From contig CACNAI010000002.1 in assembly GCA_902618335.1 (NCBI GenBank), positions 7,828 to 71,827 on the forward strand: a stretch of DNA of 64,000 nt, in the 5' to 3' direction. The translations under genes and the position numbers were made by a program. Under the pieces are notes generated by a model. That model was given only the letters and a program-made list of their open reading frames with translations. It did no database searches and had not been told where the DNA came from. Origin of the DNA: an uncultured Prochlorococcus sp. (GTDB taxonomy: Bacteria; Cyanobacteriota; Cyanobacteriia; PCC-6307; Cyanobiaceae). Shown piece by piece: positions 1-7,719 of the stretch (position 1 is the stretch's first letter; every line of letters begins with the position of its first letter).

Positions 1-129
1 AAATTCTGTAAACGCTTTAACATTCTCTTGTTTTTTATTCCCCTCATTAAGATCTTTATTATCTTCATTCAAATTGGGGGACGATTCGATTGAATTATTT
101 TCCTCAGGATTAAGTTTTGAATCTTCCAA
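1..129 (-). CDS. 5' part of a hypothetical protein running off the left edge (MEDSKLNPEENNSIESSPNLNEDNKDLNEGNKKQENVKAFTEF...)
   Basis: Manually read open frame from TTG at 129 to base 1 with no stop; acidic N-terminus; not in the ORF track because truncated. Confidence 0.55.
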   Translation of the reverse strand, partial: MEDSKLNPEENNSIESSPNLNEDNKDLNEGNKKQENVKAFTEF

Positions 130-163
130 ATTAGTAGTAAATGCTAGAAGTATATTACACCAT

Positions 164-198
164 AAAAAAAACCCACTCGATCAATTGAAGAGAGGGTT
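164..198 (-). terminator. Rho-independent terminator-like hairpin (orphan)
   Basis: Minus strand AACCCTCTCTTCAATTGATCGAGTGGGTT running into a T-run; no minus-strand CDS ends just upstream. Confidence 0.55.
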
Positions 199-305
199 AG
201 CTAAGGTTAAAGTTCTTGTTAATATAATAATTTATTTTAATTAATTTTGCGTTAGTAGCATTATGAAATTTTAATTTAGTTTATAGTCAAAGTTTTTTAT
301 TACAA

Positions 306-512
306 ATGTTAGATGCGAATACTATAAAAGCATGTAAAGATGATCCCTCAATAAGAGAAATTAAAATTAGAAATATAGAACATGCTATTGAGCAAGCAGA
401 ATTGATGATAAAAGAATCAAAAATGAGCCAAGAAGAATTAATCTTCTTAAAAAGAAAAATATCGGATTCAAGACAGGATTTAGAGATACTTTATTTAATG
501 AAAATTCAATGA
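306..512 (+). CDS. Hypothetical protein, helical/coiled-coil, 68 aa
   Basis: ORF track; plausible protein composition. Confidence 0.65.
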   Translation: MLDANTIKACKDDPSIREIKIRNIEHAIEQAELMIKESKMSQEELIFLKRKISDSRQDLEILYLMKIQ

Positions 513-630
513 ATATTCATTTGTTAATCTTTTTAAAAGGATTGAATTTTTACGAAGAAATTTAATTTGTATATTTGAAGACTTAAAAAGTTTAAAGGGA
601 ATGTAAAAATTTGTTTTAAAGGTTTAAGTT

Positions 631-732
631 ATGTCTAAAAATAACCTATACATACCTTTAAAGGTTGTTCCATACATCTTTATTTCAATTACTGCTATTG
701 CAATAACAGCAGCTACATATGTAATTACATAG
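631..732 (+). CDS. Small membrane peptide, 33 aa (MSKNNLYIPLKVVPYIFISITAIAITAATYVIT)
   Basis: Manually translated; single hydrophobic helix; fills an otherwise empty gap. Confidence 0.55.
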   Translation: MSKNNLYIPLKVVPYIFISITAIAITAATYVIT

Positions 733-804
733 CTTTATATGTTGTTGAAATTCTCTAAAGTTATAAATACTAAATAAATTAAAATATTTTTAAAAACTAA
801 TTTT

Positions 805-1047
805 ATGAATAAAGTCAAAAAGGCAATTTTAACAATATCAGTAATCATATTTTCCCTTCTAGGAATAAAAAAATTAATTTATATCTACCAAGCTAATGAT
901 TCTAAAAATAAAGAAGAATCGATCTTAAATGAATCTATTCGTGTTTTAAATGAATGCTTCGATCTAGAAAATAAAAATAAAAGAACCCTTAATAAATCAA
1001 TTGAATTAATTGAGTATTGTTTGGAGGAATATGGATATAAAAACTGA
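805..1047 (+). CDS. Hypothetical protein with N-terminal TM/signal helix and two Cys, 80 aa
   Basis: ORF track; hydrophobic N-terminus. Confidence 0.65.
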   Translation: MNKVKKAILTISVIIFSLLGIKKLIYIYQANDSKNKEESILNESIRVLNECFDLENKNKRTLNKSIELIEYCLEEYGYKN

Positions 1048-1177
1048 TTTCAAAACTTGAATGATGAATTTCCATAATACTCCACTAATATGCAGATAAA
1101 AATTTTCTGATCAATAATCTTGTTATGTTCCATAATTTTTTGTTATTAATAATATTTTCTTAATTTAATTTTTTAAA

Positions 1178-1585
1178 ATGACTAAAGTTAAATGTTCTTA
1201 TTTAGGAAATTTAAATTGTGAGGCTATTCATCTACAATCTGGAAGTCTTATTAGAACGGATGCGCCTTTAGATCACTGTGGTAAAGGTGAAAGTTTTTCT
1301 CCAACTGATTTATTAGCAACATCTCTAGGTACTTGCCTGCTAACCATTATGGCAATCAAAGCTAAATCGAAAGGATTTGATTTGCAAGGTATATATTTAA
1401 ATATTGAAAAACTAATGACACAAAATAGCGAGAGAAAGATAAAAGAACTAATAATAGATATTTTTATACCAGAGAGCACTTCTAATGAAACTATTGATTT
1501 TTTGAAAAAAGCTTCCAAAGAATGTCCAGTCACAAGAAATTTATCTCAAGAAATAGATATTAAAATTAATTGGCATCATGAATAA
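1178..1585 (+). CDS. OsmC/Ohr-family (YhfA-like) protein
   Basis: TDAP..G.GE.FSPTDLLA.SLG.C and ECPV motifs carrying the two conserved Cys. Confidence 0.9.
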   Translation: MTKVKCSYLGNLNCEAIHLQSGSLIRTDAPLDHCGKGESFSPTDLLATSLGTCLLTIMAIKAKSKGFDLQGIYLNIEKLMTQNSERKIKELIIDIFIPESTSNETIDFLKKASKECPVTRNLSQEIDIKINWHHE

Positions 1586-1615
1586 ATCGTAAAAATAGTA
1601 ATAACATAAAAAATA

Positions 1616-1741
1616 ATGAAATACTTTATTGGAATATTCATTCTTTTATTTGGAATATATGTAATAACTGACTTGGCATTAAAGACTAGGTATACAAGAA
1701 AAAGACTTTCAAAAGGAAAAAATAAATCTTGTAAATTTTAA
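1616..1741 (+). CDS. Small membrane protein, 41 aa (MKYFIGIFILLFGIYVITDLALKTRYTRKRLSKGKNKSCKF)
   Basis: Manually translated; TM helix followed by a basic tail. Confidence 0.5.
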   Translation: MKYFIGIFILLFGIYVITDLALKTRYTRKRLSKGKNKSCKF

Positions 1742-1799
1742 TATTGCAGATGGATTAAATAAATTTAGTTTGTACTAAGAATTAAGACATATTTTAATT

Positions 1800-2084
1800 T
1801 TATTTTTTCACTATTTTTTGATCAATCAAACTAATCAAAGGGATTATGAAATTAACATTTATTCCAACAGTGCACCATGTATAAATAATAAGAAAAAATA
1901 TTTTTATAAAAAAATTAGGAGGTAAGGTGAAAAATATTTTGAAAAACCCACCAATGAATAATACCAATATTCCAATTTGAAAAAGACCATTTATTATCCA
2001 TTTAAGCCCATTTTTTTTAATGTTTATATAAAACCAAAGAAAAACAAAACTAGATAACAATAAAAATATAAAATTTATGATCAT
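1800..2084 (-). CDS. Hypothetical membrane protein, 94 aa
   Basis: ORF track; three hydrophobic segments. Confidence 0.6.
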   Translation of the reverse strand: MIINFIFLLLSSFVFLWFYINIKKNGLKWIINGLFQIGILVLFIGGFFKIFFTLPPNFFIKIFFLIIYTWCTVGINVNFIIPLISLIDQKIVKK

Positions 2085-2125
2085 CTTTTTAGAGAAAATC
2101 TAATAAATTTGCCATTATCAAGGCA

Positions 2126-2140
2126 TGATGATAATTATCA
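2126..2140. promoter_or_regulatory. Candidate Zur/Fur-family operator TGATGATAATTATCA
   Basis: One mismatch to the cyanobacterial 7-1-7 Zur consensus TGATAATNATTATCA; ~40 bp upstream of the 1800..2084 gene. Confidence 0.4.
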
Positions 2141-2223
2141 CTTTTTTATCTGCTAAATTTTTTTAAAAAAGGAAAAGTTATACAAAAAACAATAAAAACA
2201 AATTAATCTTTTTAACTTTATTC

Positions 2224-2625
2224 TTAAAACATTTTCGATTTTAGTAAATCAACTCTTTTTTGATTTACTCCCAAATCACTTTCTCCAACTCTTGATTCTG
2301 ATCTTATTGATAAGATGTTTGATTCAGGTAGAAAGGATACTTCTAAGTCGTCTATATATTTCATCCATTTACTGGTTGCCTCTGCATGAAGATAATCGCC
2401 ATTTATTTCTACAATCTGAGTTCTTGGAGTATTTTCGATAAATGTTTTAATCTCTTCAAAAGGTTTATCAATATTATCAACCTCCCATTCTTCTCGTACA
2501 CAATGAGCAATTTCTATACAAGGTTTTAGATCTACATGTGAGGCAAATGATGAAGAAGGGAATAAAAAGCTTGAACAAATTAAAATTGCTAAAAAAAGTA
2601 TTTTCATTAACAGAGGAATTAACAA
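2224..2625 (-). CDS. DUF1499 family protein (true start probably the ATG at 2607)
   Basis: YLHAEATS..MKYIDDLE and RSESRVGESDLGVNQKRV motifs; signal-like N-terminus. Confidence 0.85.
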   Translation of the reverse strand: MLIPLLMKILFLAILICSSFLFPSSSFASHVDLKPCIEIAHCVREEWEVDNIDKPFEEIKTFIENTPRTQIVEINGDYLHAEATSKWMKYIDDLEVSFLPESNILSIRSESRVGESDLGVNQKRVDLLKSKMF

Positions 2626-2735
2626 TCCATAATCTAACTAATCAAATTACTAATTTGGAATGACGTCTCACATTATTTTTGAGTAAAGCATATATGTTTT
2701 TATATTCAGGATTAAATATGTATTTTTAATAATCA

Positions 2736-2833
2736 AAAAAAAAAGACCCCTCAGAGAGAGATCTTTTGAAAATTGATTTAAATCAAGTGTTTCCTTGTTT
2801 CCACTGAAATAGATCAATTCCTCCTACACACAT
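2736..2833 (-). ncRNA. yfr2: Yfr2-family (Yfr2-5 / Cyano-1) sRNA
   Basis: Minus strand begins ATGTGTGTAGGAG, contains the hallmark GGAAACAAGGAAACAC and ends in a hairpin plus T-run (AAAAGATCTCTCTCTGAGGGGTCTTTTTTTT). Confidence 0.9.
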
Positions 2834-2910
2834 AATTAATATCCCACCAAAATTCAAAATATGTAATGCTTGATAGACCTCTATCTTAACTGTCACATAG
2901 CGAAAAATAC

Positions 2911-2944
2911 AAAAAGTACTCAAACATTGTGGTCGAGTACTTTT
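2911..2944. terminator. Bidirectional-type intrinsic terminator
   Basis: AAAAAGTACTC-N13-GAGTACTTTT inverted repeat flanked by A and T tracts. Confidence 0.8.
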
Positions 2945-2982
2945 AAAGTTATCAGAAAAAAGTGTGTGAGGAGTTTCTGATG
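2911..2982 (-). ncRNA. Yfr1-motif sRNA (Yfr10-like)
   Basis: ACTCCTCACAC undecamer (2964-2974) presented by an ATCAGAAA/TTTCTGAT stem; TAGATT -10 element upstream; terminator at 2911-2944; directly upstream of Yfr2. Confidence 0.8.
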
Positions 2983-3097
2983 TAATTAATCTACTCCGTA
3001 GGTAATTTAAAAGGCTACAGTATAAATTACTAATTATTTAAATTTTTAATGAAAATTGGCCGTTGATGAAAAAAATAATCATAAACATAAAAAATTC

Positions 3098-3232
3098 ATG
3101 AAAAGCATTTACAAAAAAACCATTTTTATTATTTCGGTAATTGCTCTTTTTTCAGTAATAGTAGGGGTTGTCAAATATTCGCTTACTTATATTGAAAATA
3201 ATCCCGAAAAATACTTACCTACTCAAAAGTAA
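3098..3232 (+). CDS. Small membrane protein, 44 aa (MKSIYKKTIFIISVIALFSVIVGVVKYSLTYIENNPEKYLPTQK)
   Basis: Manually translated; single TM helix. Confidence 0.55.
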   Translation: MKSIYKKTIFIISVIALFSVIVGVVKYSLTYIENNPEKYLPTQK

Positions 3233-3309
3233 GACGAAAGTTAAGTATAAATTCACTTCAAAAAATCTAAAAAGTGTCTTAAATATGTTCTACATAGACA
3301 GCTTTAGTC

Positions 3310-3453
3310 ATGAAAATCAAAAATACTTCAGTTCTTAATCAGAATAATATTCATTTAAGTCAATTTAAAAATAAGCATAAATATAAAATAATTGAAAATT
3401 ACTGGAAGAAAAGAAAGAAAGAATGTGAAAAAAATCTTTCAAAATTTTGCTAA
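3310..3453 (+). CDS. Small basic protein, 47 aa (...IIENYWKKRKKECEKNLSKFC)
   Basis: Manually translated; ends 9 bp before the next gene. Confidence 0.5.
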   Translation: MKIKNTSVLNQNNIHLSQFKNKHKYKIIENYWKKRKKECEKNLSKFC

Positions 3454-3462
3454 CCGATAATT

Positions 3463-3711
3463 ATGAATTTTATTTTTTCTTTTTTATTAGCATCTGTGAT
3501 GTGGGTTCAAGTTCCACAATGGGAAGCTGACTGGTCAAAATGTGCTGTAGATGTTCCCGATTCATCATGTCACTGGTACGTAGCTGCTCCCGATAATACG
3601 TTTGGGGAAGGATTTGATTGGGAAAACGCTCCTTGGTTTGATGCTAATGGATTACAGGATGTAGCTAAAATGGAGAAAGAATCTGTAGTAGAAAAACTTC
3701 AAAATAACTAA
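3463..3711 (+). CDS. Conserved picocyanobacterial secreted protein, Trp/Asp-rich with a Cys pair, 82 aa
   Basis: ORF track; signal-like N-terminus; WSKCAVDVPDSSCHWYV. Confidence 0.8.
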   Translation: MNFIFSFLLASVMWVQVPQWEADWSKCAVDVPDSSCHWYVAAPDNTFGEGFDWENAPWFDANGLQDVAKMEKESVVEKLQNN

Positions 3712-3794
3712 AGTTTCTATTTCATCAATTAACTTTTAAAAGTATTTAAATCTAGTGGCTTAATGGTTAACTTTTGATTAATTAAAAAATTTTT

Positions 3795-3941
3795 ATGCGT
3801 TTCAAAGTAAGTCTCAAAAAAAATGGAAAGGAATTTGATGAAGTTGTTATAGCTAATAATAAAAAAGAGGCAATGGAAGTAGCTTTAAAAAACAATCCAG
3901 AAGCTCAAGCATTAAACTCTGATTGGACATTTAAGATTTAA
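3795..3941 (+). CDS. Small protein, 48 aa (MRFKVSLKKNGKEFDEVVIANNKKEAMEVALKNNPEAQALNSDWTFKI)
   Basis: Manually translated; beta-beta-alpha-beta pattern; stop abuts the permease stop. Confidence 0.7.
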   Translation: MRFKVSLKKNGKEFDEVVIANNKKEAMEVALKNNPEAQALNSDWTFKI

Positions 3942-4727
3942 TTATTTGCGAAGTTTAGGAACCAGGAGAGATGCAACGCAAATAACACTTATTGCAGGCC
4001 CAGGTGACAAATTAAAGACTATAGAGAGAATAAAGCCCAGAAGTGAGATGCATAATCCAAAAAATGAAGACCTCATCATTGCAATTCTTAAACTATGAGC
4101 TTTATTTAGCCCTAACAAAGTTGGGGTAGAAAGAAGAGCAATAACAAGAATTACGCCCACTGCTGACATTGAACTAACAATTACTAATGCCGTTGTAAAA
4201 CTCAAAGCTAGATTTAATAAAGAAACGTTTATACCACTCGCAGATGCACCTTCTGGATCCAAACCCACATAAACAACTTTTTCATATCCAAAAGTCATTA
4301 AAAGTATAAATACTAAAAAAGCAATTATTGTTCTAAGCAAATCCCCAAAATTTGCTGTCAATAAATCGCCAAATAATACTGCCTCCAAATCAATCCTTAT
4401 TCCGAGTAGAGGGATAATAAGGACTCCAAACCCAAGCATTCCAGCAAGAATAGTATTCATAACTGCTTCATAATTTTCACTTTTTCTATTGGTTAAACTT
4501 TCCGCAATTACCGAGCCTAAAAGACCACTGATAACACCACCAATTGAGGGGTGAATTCCAAGCGCTAAGGCTAAAGCAAGTCCAGGCAAAACACAATGAG
4601 AGATTAAATTAACTTGTAATAATCTCTTATGAGTGATTAATACAGTTCCCATTGCTGGACATAGAATTCCTGAAAAAACAGTTATTATTAATGGGACAAG
4701 CCACCAGTTGTTATTAATAAAAGACAT
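3942..4727 (-). CDS. znuB: Zn/Mn ABC transporter permease (ABC-3 family)
   Basis: ISHCVLPG, LEAVLFGDLL and VG.ILV.ALL..P motifs; multiple TM helices. Confidence 0.9.
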   Translation of the reverse strand: MSFINNNWWLVPLIITVFSGILCPAMGTVLITHKRLLQVNLISHCVLPGLALALALGIHPSIGGVISGLLGSVIAESLTNRKSENYEAVMNTILAGMLGFGVLIIPLLGIRIDLEAVLFGDLLTANFGDLLRTIIAFLVFILLMTFGYEKVVYVGLDPEGASASGINVSLLNLALSFTTALVIVSSMSAVGVILVIALLSTPTLLGLNKAHSLRIAMMRSSFFGLCISLLGFILSIVFNLSPGPAISVICVASLLVPKLRK

Positions 4728-4744
4728 TATTCGAATGATTCGGT

Positions 4745-5179
4745 ATGATCAAAAATACGGAACAAAAAAAGATTTTGGAAACAATGGTAACTAAGTCTGA
4801 CATTACCAAAAGACAAGAACAACTTCTTGAAGAACTTAATAAATGTGATGATGAATTGACTGGTCAAGAGTTGCATAGACAATTGATAGAAAGCGGAAAG
4901 GCTATGGGACTGACGACTGTTTACAGGAATCTTCAAGTTCTGATAAAGCATGGCTTAATACGTTCTAGACATCTCCCAACAGGAGAAGTTCTGTACACTC
5001 CCGTAGATAGAGATATTCATCATTTGACCTGTGTTCAATGTGGTGAGACATCAAAAATGGAAGGATGCCCGGTAAAAGATATTCATACACCCAAAACAAA
5101 TCCAAAGAAATTCCAATTGTTGTTTCATACCCTCGAGTATTTCGGGCTTTGCCAAAACTGTTATCAAGCTCAGAATTAA
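4745..5179 (+). CDS. zur: Fur-family regulator, most likely Zur (start may be the ATG at 4784)
   Basis: GLTTVYRNL helix, HHLTCVQCG and CQNC motifs; sits in a metal ABC locus that carries a Zur box. Confidence 0.85.
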   Translation: MIKNTEQKKILETMVTKSDITKRQEQLLEELNKCDDELTGQELHRQLIESGKAMGLTTVYRNLQVLIKHGLIRSRHLPTGEVLYTPVDRDIHHLTCVQCGETSKMEGCPVKDIHTPKTNPKKFQLLFHTLEYFGLCQNCYQAQN

Positions 5180-5192
5180 AAAGGAACATTTT

Positions 5193-5963
5193 CTAATCAC
5201 AGAAATTATTTTCGTTTATAGAGCTAATATTTATAGCCTCTAATTTATCTTTTATTTCGTCAGGACTACCAACTGCCAAAACACTTTTATCAAGAACGAT
5301 TACTTGATCATAGTTATTTAAAGAATCGCCCCAATCATGGCTAGTTACGAGCAAAGAAAGTCCCGTATCCGCAAGTTGACGAATAATTTTTAGAAAATCT
5401 TCCTTTGCAGGTGGGTCCAAAGCTGCACAAGGTTCATCTAAAAGAAATATTTTTGCAGGGGACATAAGAGTTTTTGCTAATAGAGCTCTTTGCTGCTGTC
5501 CTCCTGAAAGAGAATCGAGTCTTCTATTAGCCAAATTTGCAATGCCTACTCTTTGCATTGTCGCCTCTAATTCACAACATCTATTAATCCAAGAATTAGG
5601 ATATGCTAGAAGAGTCTTAATTTGAAAGGGGTTATTACTTCTTGATTTTGAATACTTTATTTGACCAAGAGATACCAATTTTTCAACTGTGATGGGGAAC
5701 TTCCAATTCATAGAACTTCTTTGAGGCATAAGTGCCACAAGAGCTCTAGATCTATATAAATTTTCACCGTCAATTTTTATTTCGCCTTTGTCTGGAGTAT
5801 TTTGTCCTTGCAATATTCTCAAAAGAGTTGATTTACCAGCGCCGTTTGGGCCAACTAACGCTGTTAGAGTTCCAGGTTTAATCTCAACCGATACCTTATT
5901 CAAAGCTGGCTTACTTTTTTTTGTGTATGCAAAGGTTAAATTTTCAGCGACTAAAGTAGCCAT
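5193..5963 (-). CDS. znuC: Zn/Mn ABC transporter ATP-binding protein
   Basis: GPNGAGKS Walker A, LSGGQQQR signature, LLDEP Walker B, SHD switch. Confidence 0.92.
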   Translation of the reverse strand: MATLVAENLTFAYTKKSKPALNKVSVEIKPGTLTALVGPNGAGKSTLLRILQGQNTPDKGEIKIDGENLYRSRALVALMPQRSSMNWKFPITVEKLVSLGQIKYSKSRSNNPFQIKTLLAYPNSWINRCCELEATMQRVGIANLANRRLDSLSGGQQQRALLAKTLMSPAKIFLLDEPCAALDPPAKEDFLKIIRQLADTGLSLLVTSHDWGDSLNNYDQVIVLDKSVLAVGSPDEIKDKLEAINISSINENNFCD

Positions 5964-6059
5964 TAATTAATCTTTTAAAAAAGTCACTTTACAAGCTTAC
6001 CAATAATACAAATTGCGTATTATTTTCATAACATTTAGTACCTTTGCTTGTCAGGCATA

Positions 6060-6082
6060 ATGAAAATGATTATCATTTTTAA
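6060..6082. promoter_or_regulatory. Zur box ATGAAAATGATTATCATTTTTAA
   Basis: Palindromic core AAAATGATTATCATTTT; matches the marine-cyanobacterial Zur consensus NTNANAATGATNATCATTNTNAN as I recall it; in the divergent znuC/znuA promoter. Confidence 0.85.
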
Positions 6083-6100
6083 AGTGTTTAATTATTTTTC

Positions 6101-7642
6101 ATGTCAATTTTTAAAAGACTTTTAACAAATAGAACAGGTTCGAGTAAGTCAATTATTAAAAATTCTCTAATCGCTGGAACGATTATATTTTCTGGTTTTG
6201 GGCAGGATGTTATGGCTAAAGGAAAATCATATGTAGCAGTAGAACCACTAGTTTGTGATTTAGTTAAATCAATTGCATTACCATCTGACGAAGTTACATG
6301 CTTGGTAGATAGGAAACAAGATGTTCATGACTTAAAGATCAATCCAAGGCAAGCTCAATTACTTAATAGCGCAGACAAAGTATTTACTCTTGGTAAAGAA
6401 ATGACTCCAAGTATGAGAAATTGGGAAAATAAAAAGAATACTGTTGTTGTAGGTGTTAGTGCAATAGACGTAGATGATCATTCTGATCATGGAGGTCATG
6501 ATGATCACTCAGACCATGATGGACATGACGATCATGCTGAACATTCAGCTAAGGTAGATGACCACTCTGATCATGGAGGTCACGACGATCACTCAGATCA
6601 TGGTGGACATGATGATCACGCTGAGGGTGCTTTCGAATGGGCAGGCAAATTCCAACTTTCTAAGGGTTCTTACAAATGGTCATTTGAAAAAGTCGATGGA
6701 GAATATGCAGATCCTGCAATGAAGATGGTGATTCTCAAATCTAATGACATAGAAGGGTCTGAAGATTTAGCTAAAGAACTATTGGGATCTAAAGACTCAA
6801 TAAGCAGAAAAAATGATGGAACTTTGATAGCCAGTAATAAAGCTTTTGTTCTTAAATTTGATCAAAGAAAAGAAAGTACTGTTTTTAACGTAGACATCAA
6901 AGAAGATGGTCAGTATATATTTTTTACTGAACACATGCCTTTTGAGTTTGAAGCAACTCAACACTTTTTTAAAGACGTTTCAAATAGTGATGTAGAACCG
7001 ATAGCACAAGTACCAGACGAAGGAGAGGGGCATCATCATCATGACCATGGAGGACTAGATCCTCATGTTTGGCATGATCCACATAACATCATAAAAATGG
7101 GAGATCTTATAAGCAAAAGTTTAAAGAAAGATATTTCAGTTTTTAATAGAGGTGACAGAAAACTAATTAATGAAAGATTCGAAAAAGCTGATTCTCTCTT
7201 AGAAGGCTTAGATAGTTGGATCGTCGAGCAAGTAAGCTCTATTCCTGAGAAAAATAGAGTAATTGTCTCTAAACACAAAGCAATGGAATACTACGGAGAC
7301 GCATTTGGTTTTGAAACCATTAGTTTACTTGACTTTCTTGGAGACTCCTCAAGCTTAAGGCCAGACAACATAAGTTCTACTTTAAAAATGTTAGATGAAG
7401 AGAATGTTCAGGCAATATTTCCAGAACAAATTCCAGCATCTAAGTTATTAAGGAACTTAAGTAGACAAAGTTCAGTTCCTTTAGCTTCTAATCAAATATT
7501 CGTTGATGGATTGATGATGGATGGTAATACGGTTTCAGTAGCCGTTCACAACACTTGTACAATTGTTGATTCATTAGGTGGAAGCTGTGACAAAGAATCT
7601 GGCGCCAATCTTGAGTCTGAATGGTACAAACTTTCAGATTAA
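6101..7642 (+). CDS. znuA: Metal (Zn) ABC transporter substrate-binding protein with a His/Asp-rich loop and an extra inserted domain
   Basis: ZnuA/TroA motifs DVHD, DPHVWHDP, H.AMEYY; His-rich repeats; ~105 aa insertion between the repeats and HHHHDH. Confidence 0.9.
   Translation: MSIFKRLLTNRTGSSKSIIKNSLIAGTIIFSGFGQDVMAKGKSYVAVEPLVCDLVKSIALPSDEVTCLVDRKQDVHDLKINPRQAQLLNSADKVFTLGKEMTPSMRNWENKKNTVVVGVSAIDVDDHSDHGGHDDHSDHDGHDDHAEHSAKVDDHSDHGGHDDHSDHGGHDDHAEGAFEWAGKFQLSKGSYKWSFEKVDGEYADPAMKMVILKSNDIEGSEDLAKELLGSKDSISRKNDGTLIASNKAFVLKFDQRKESTVFNVDIKEDGQYIFFTEHMPFEFEATQHFFKDVSNSDVEPIAQVPDEGEGHHHHDHGGLDPHVWHDPHNIIKMGDLISKSLKKDISVFNRGDRKLINERFEKADSLLEGLDSWIVEQVSSIPEKNRVIVSKHKAMEYYGDAFGFETISLLDFLGDSSSLRPDNISSTLKMLDEENVQAIFPEQIPASKLLRNLSRQSSVPLASNQIFVDGLMMDGNTVSVAVHNTCTIVDSLGGSCDKESGANLESEWYKLSD
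6470..6625 (+). repeat. In-frame His/Asp-rich repeat: 84-bp period duplication built from DDHSDHGGH units
   Basis: VDDHSDHGGHDDHSDHDGHDDHAE-HSAK-VDDHSDHGGHDDHSDHGGHDDHAE; copies start at 6470 and 6554 and differ mostly at synonymous sites. Confidence 0.9.
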
Positions 7643-7719
7643 TTTTTTCTAATAAAAACGGTTTTCATTTCTTATTATTACTATTATTAAACTATTATTT
7701 ATATAGTAAAAATCAGTAA

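Noticed and set aside
4727-5189. Two minus-strand ORFs (4727..4951, 4965..5189) that appear to bridge znuC and znuB
   Set aside because: Fully antisense to the clearly conserved zur gene and without protein-like motifs; not called as genes
6470-6625. Repeat tract considered as a possible CRISPR or mobile repeat (likewise 49244..49294)
   Set aside because: In-frame coding repeats without unique spacers; no cas genes in the window
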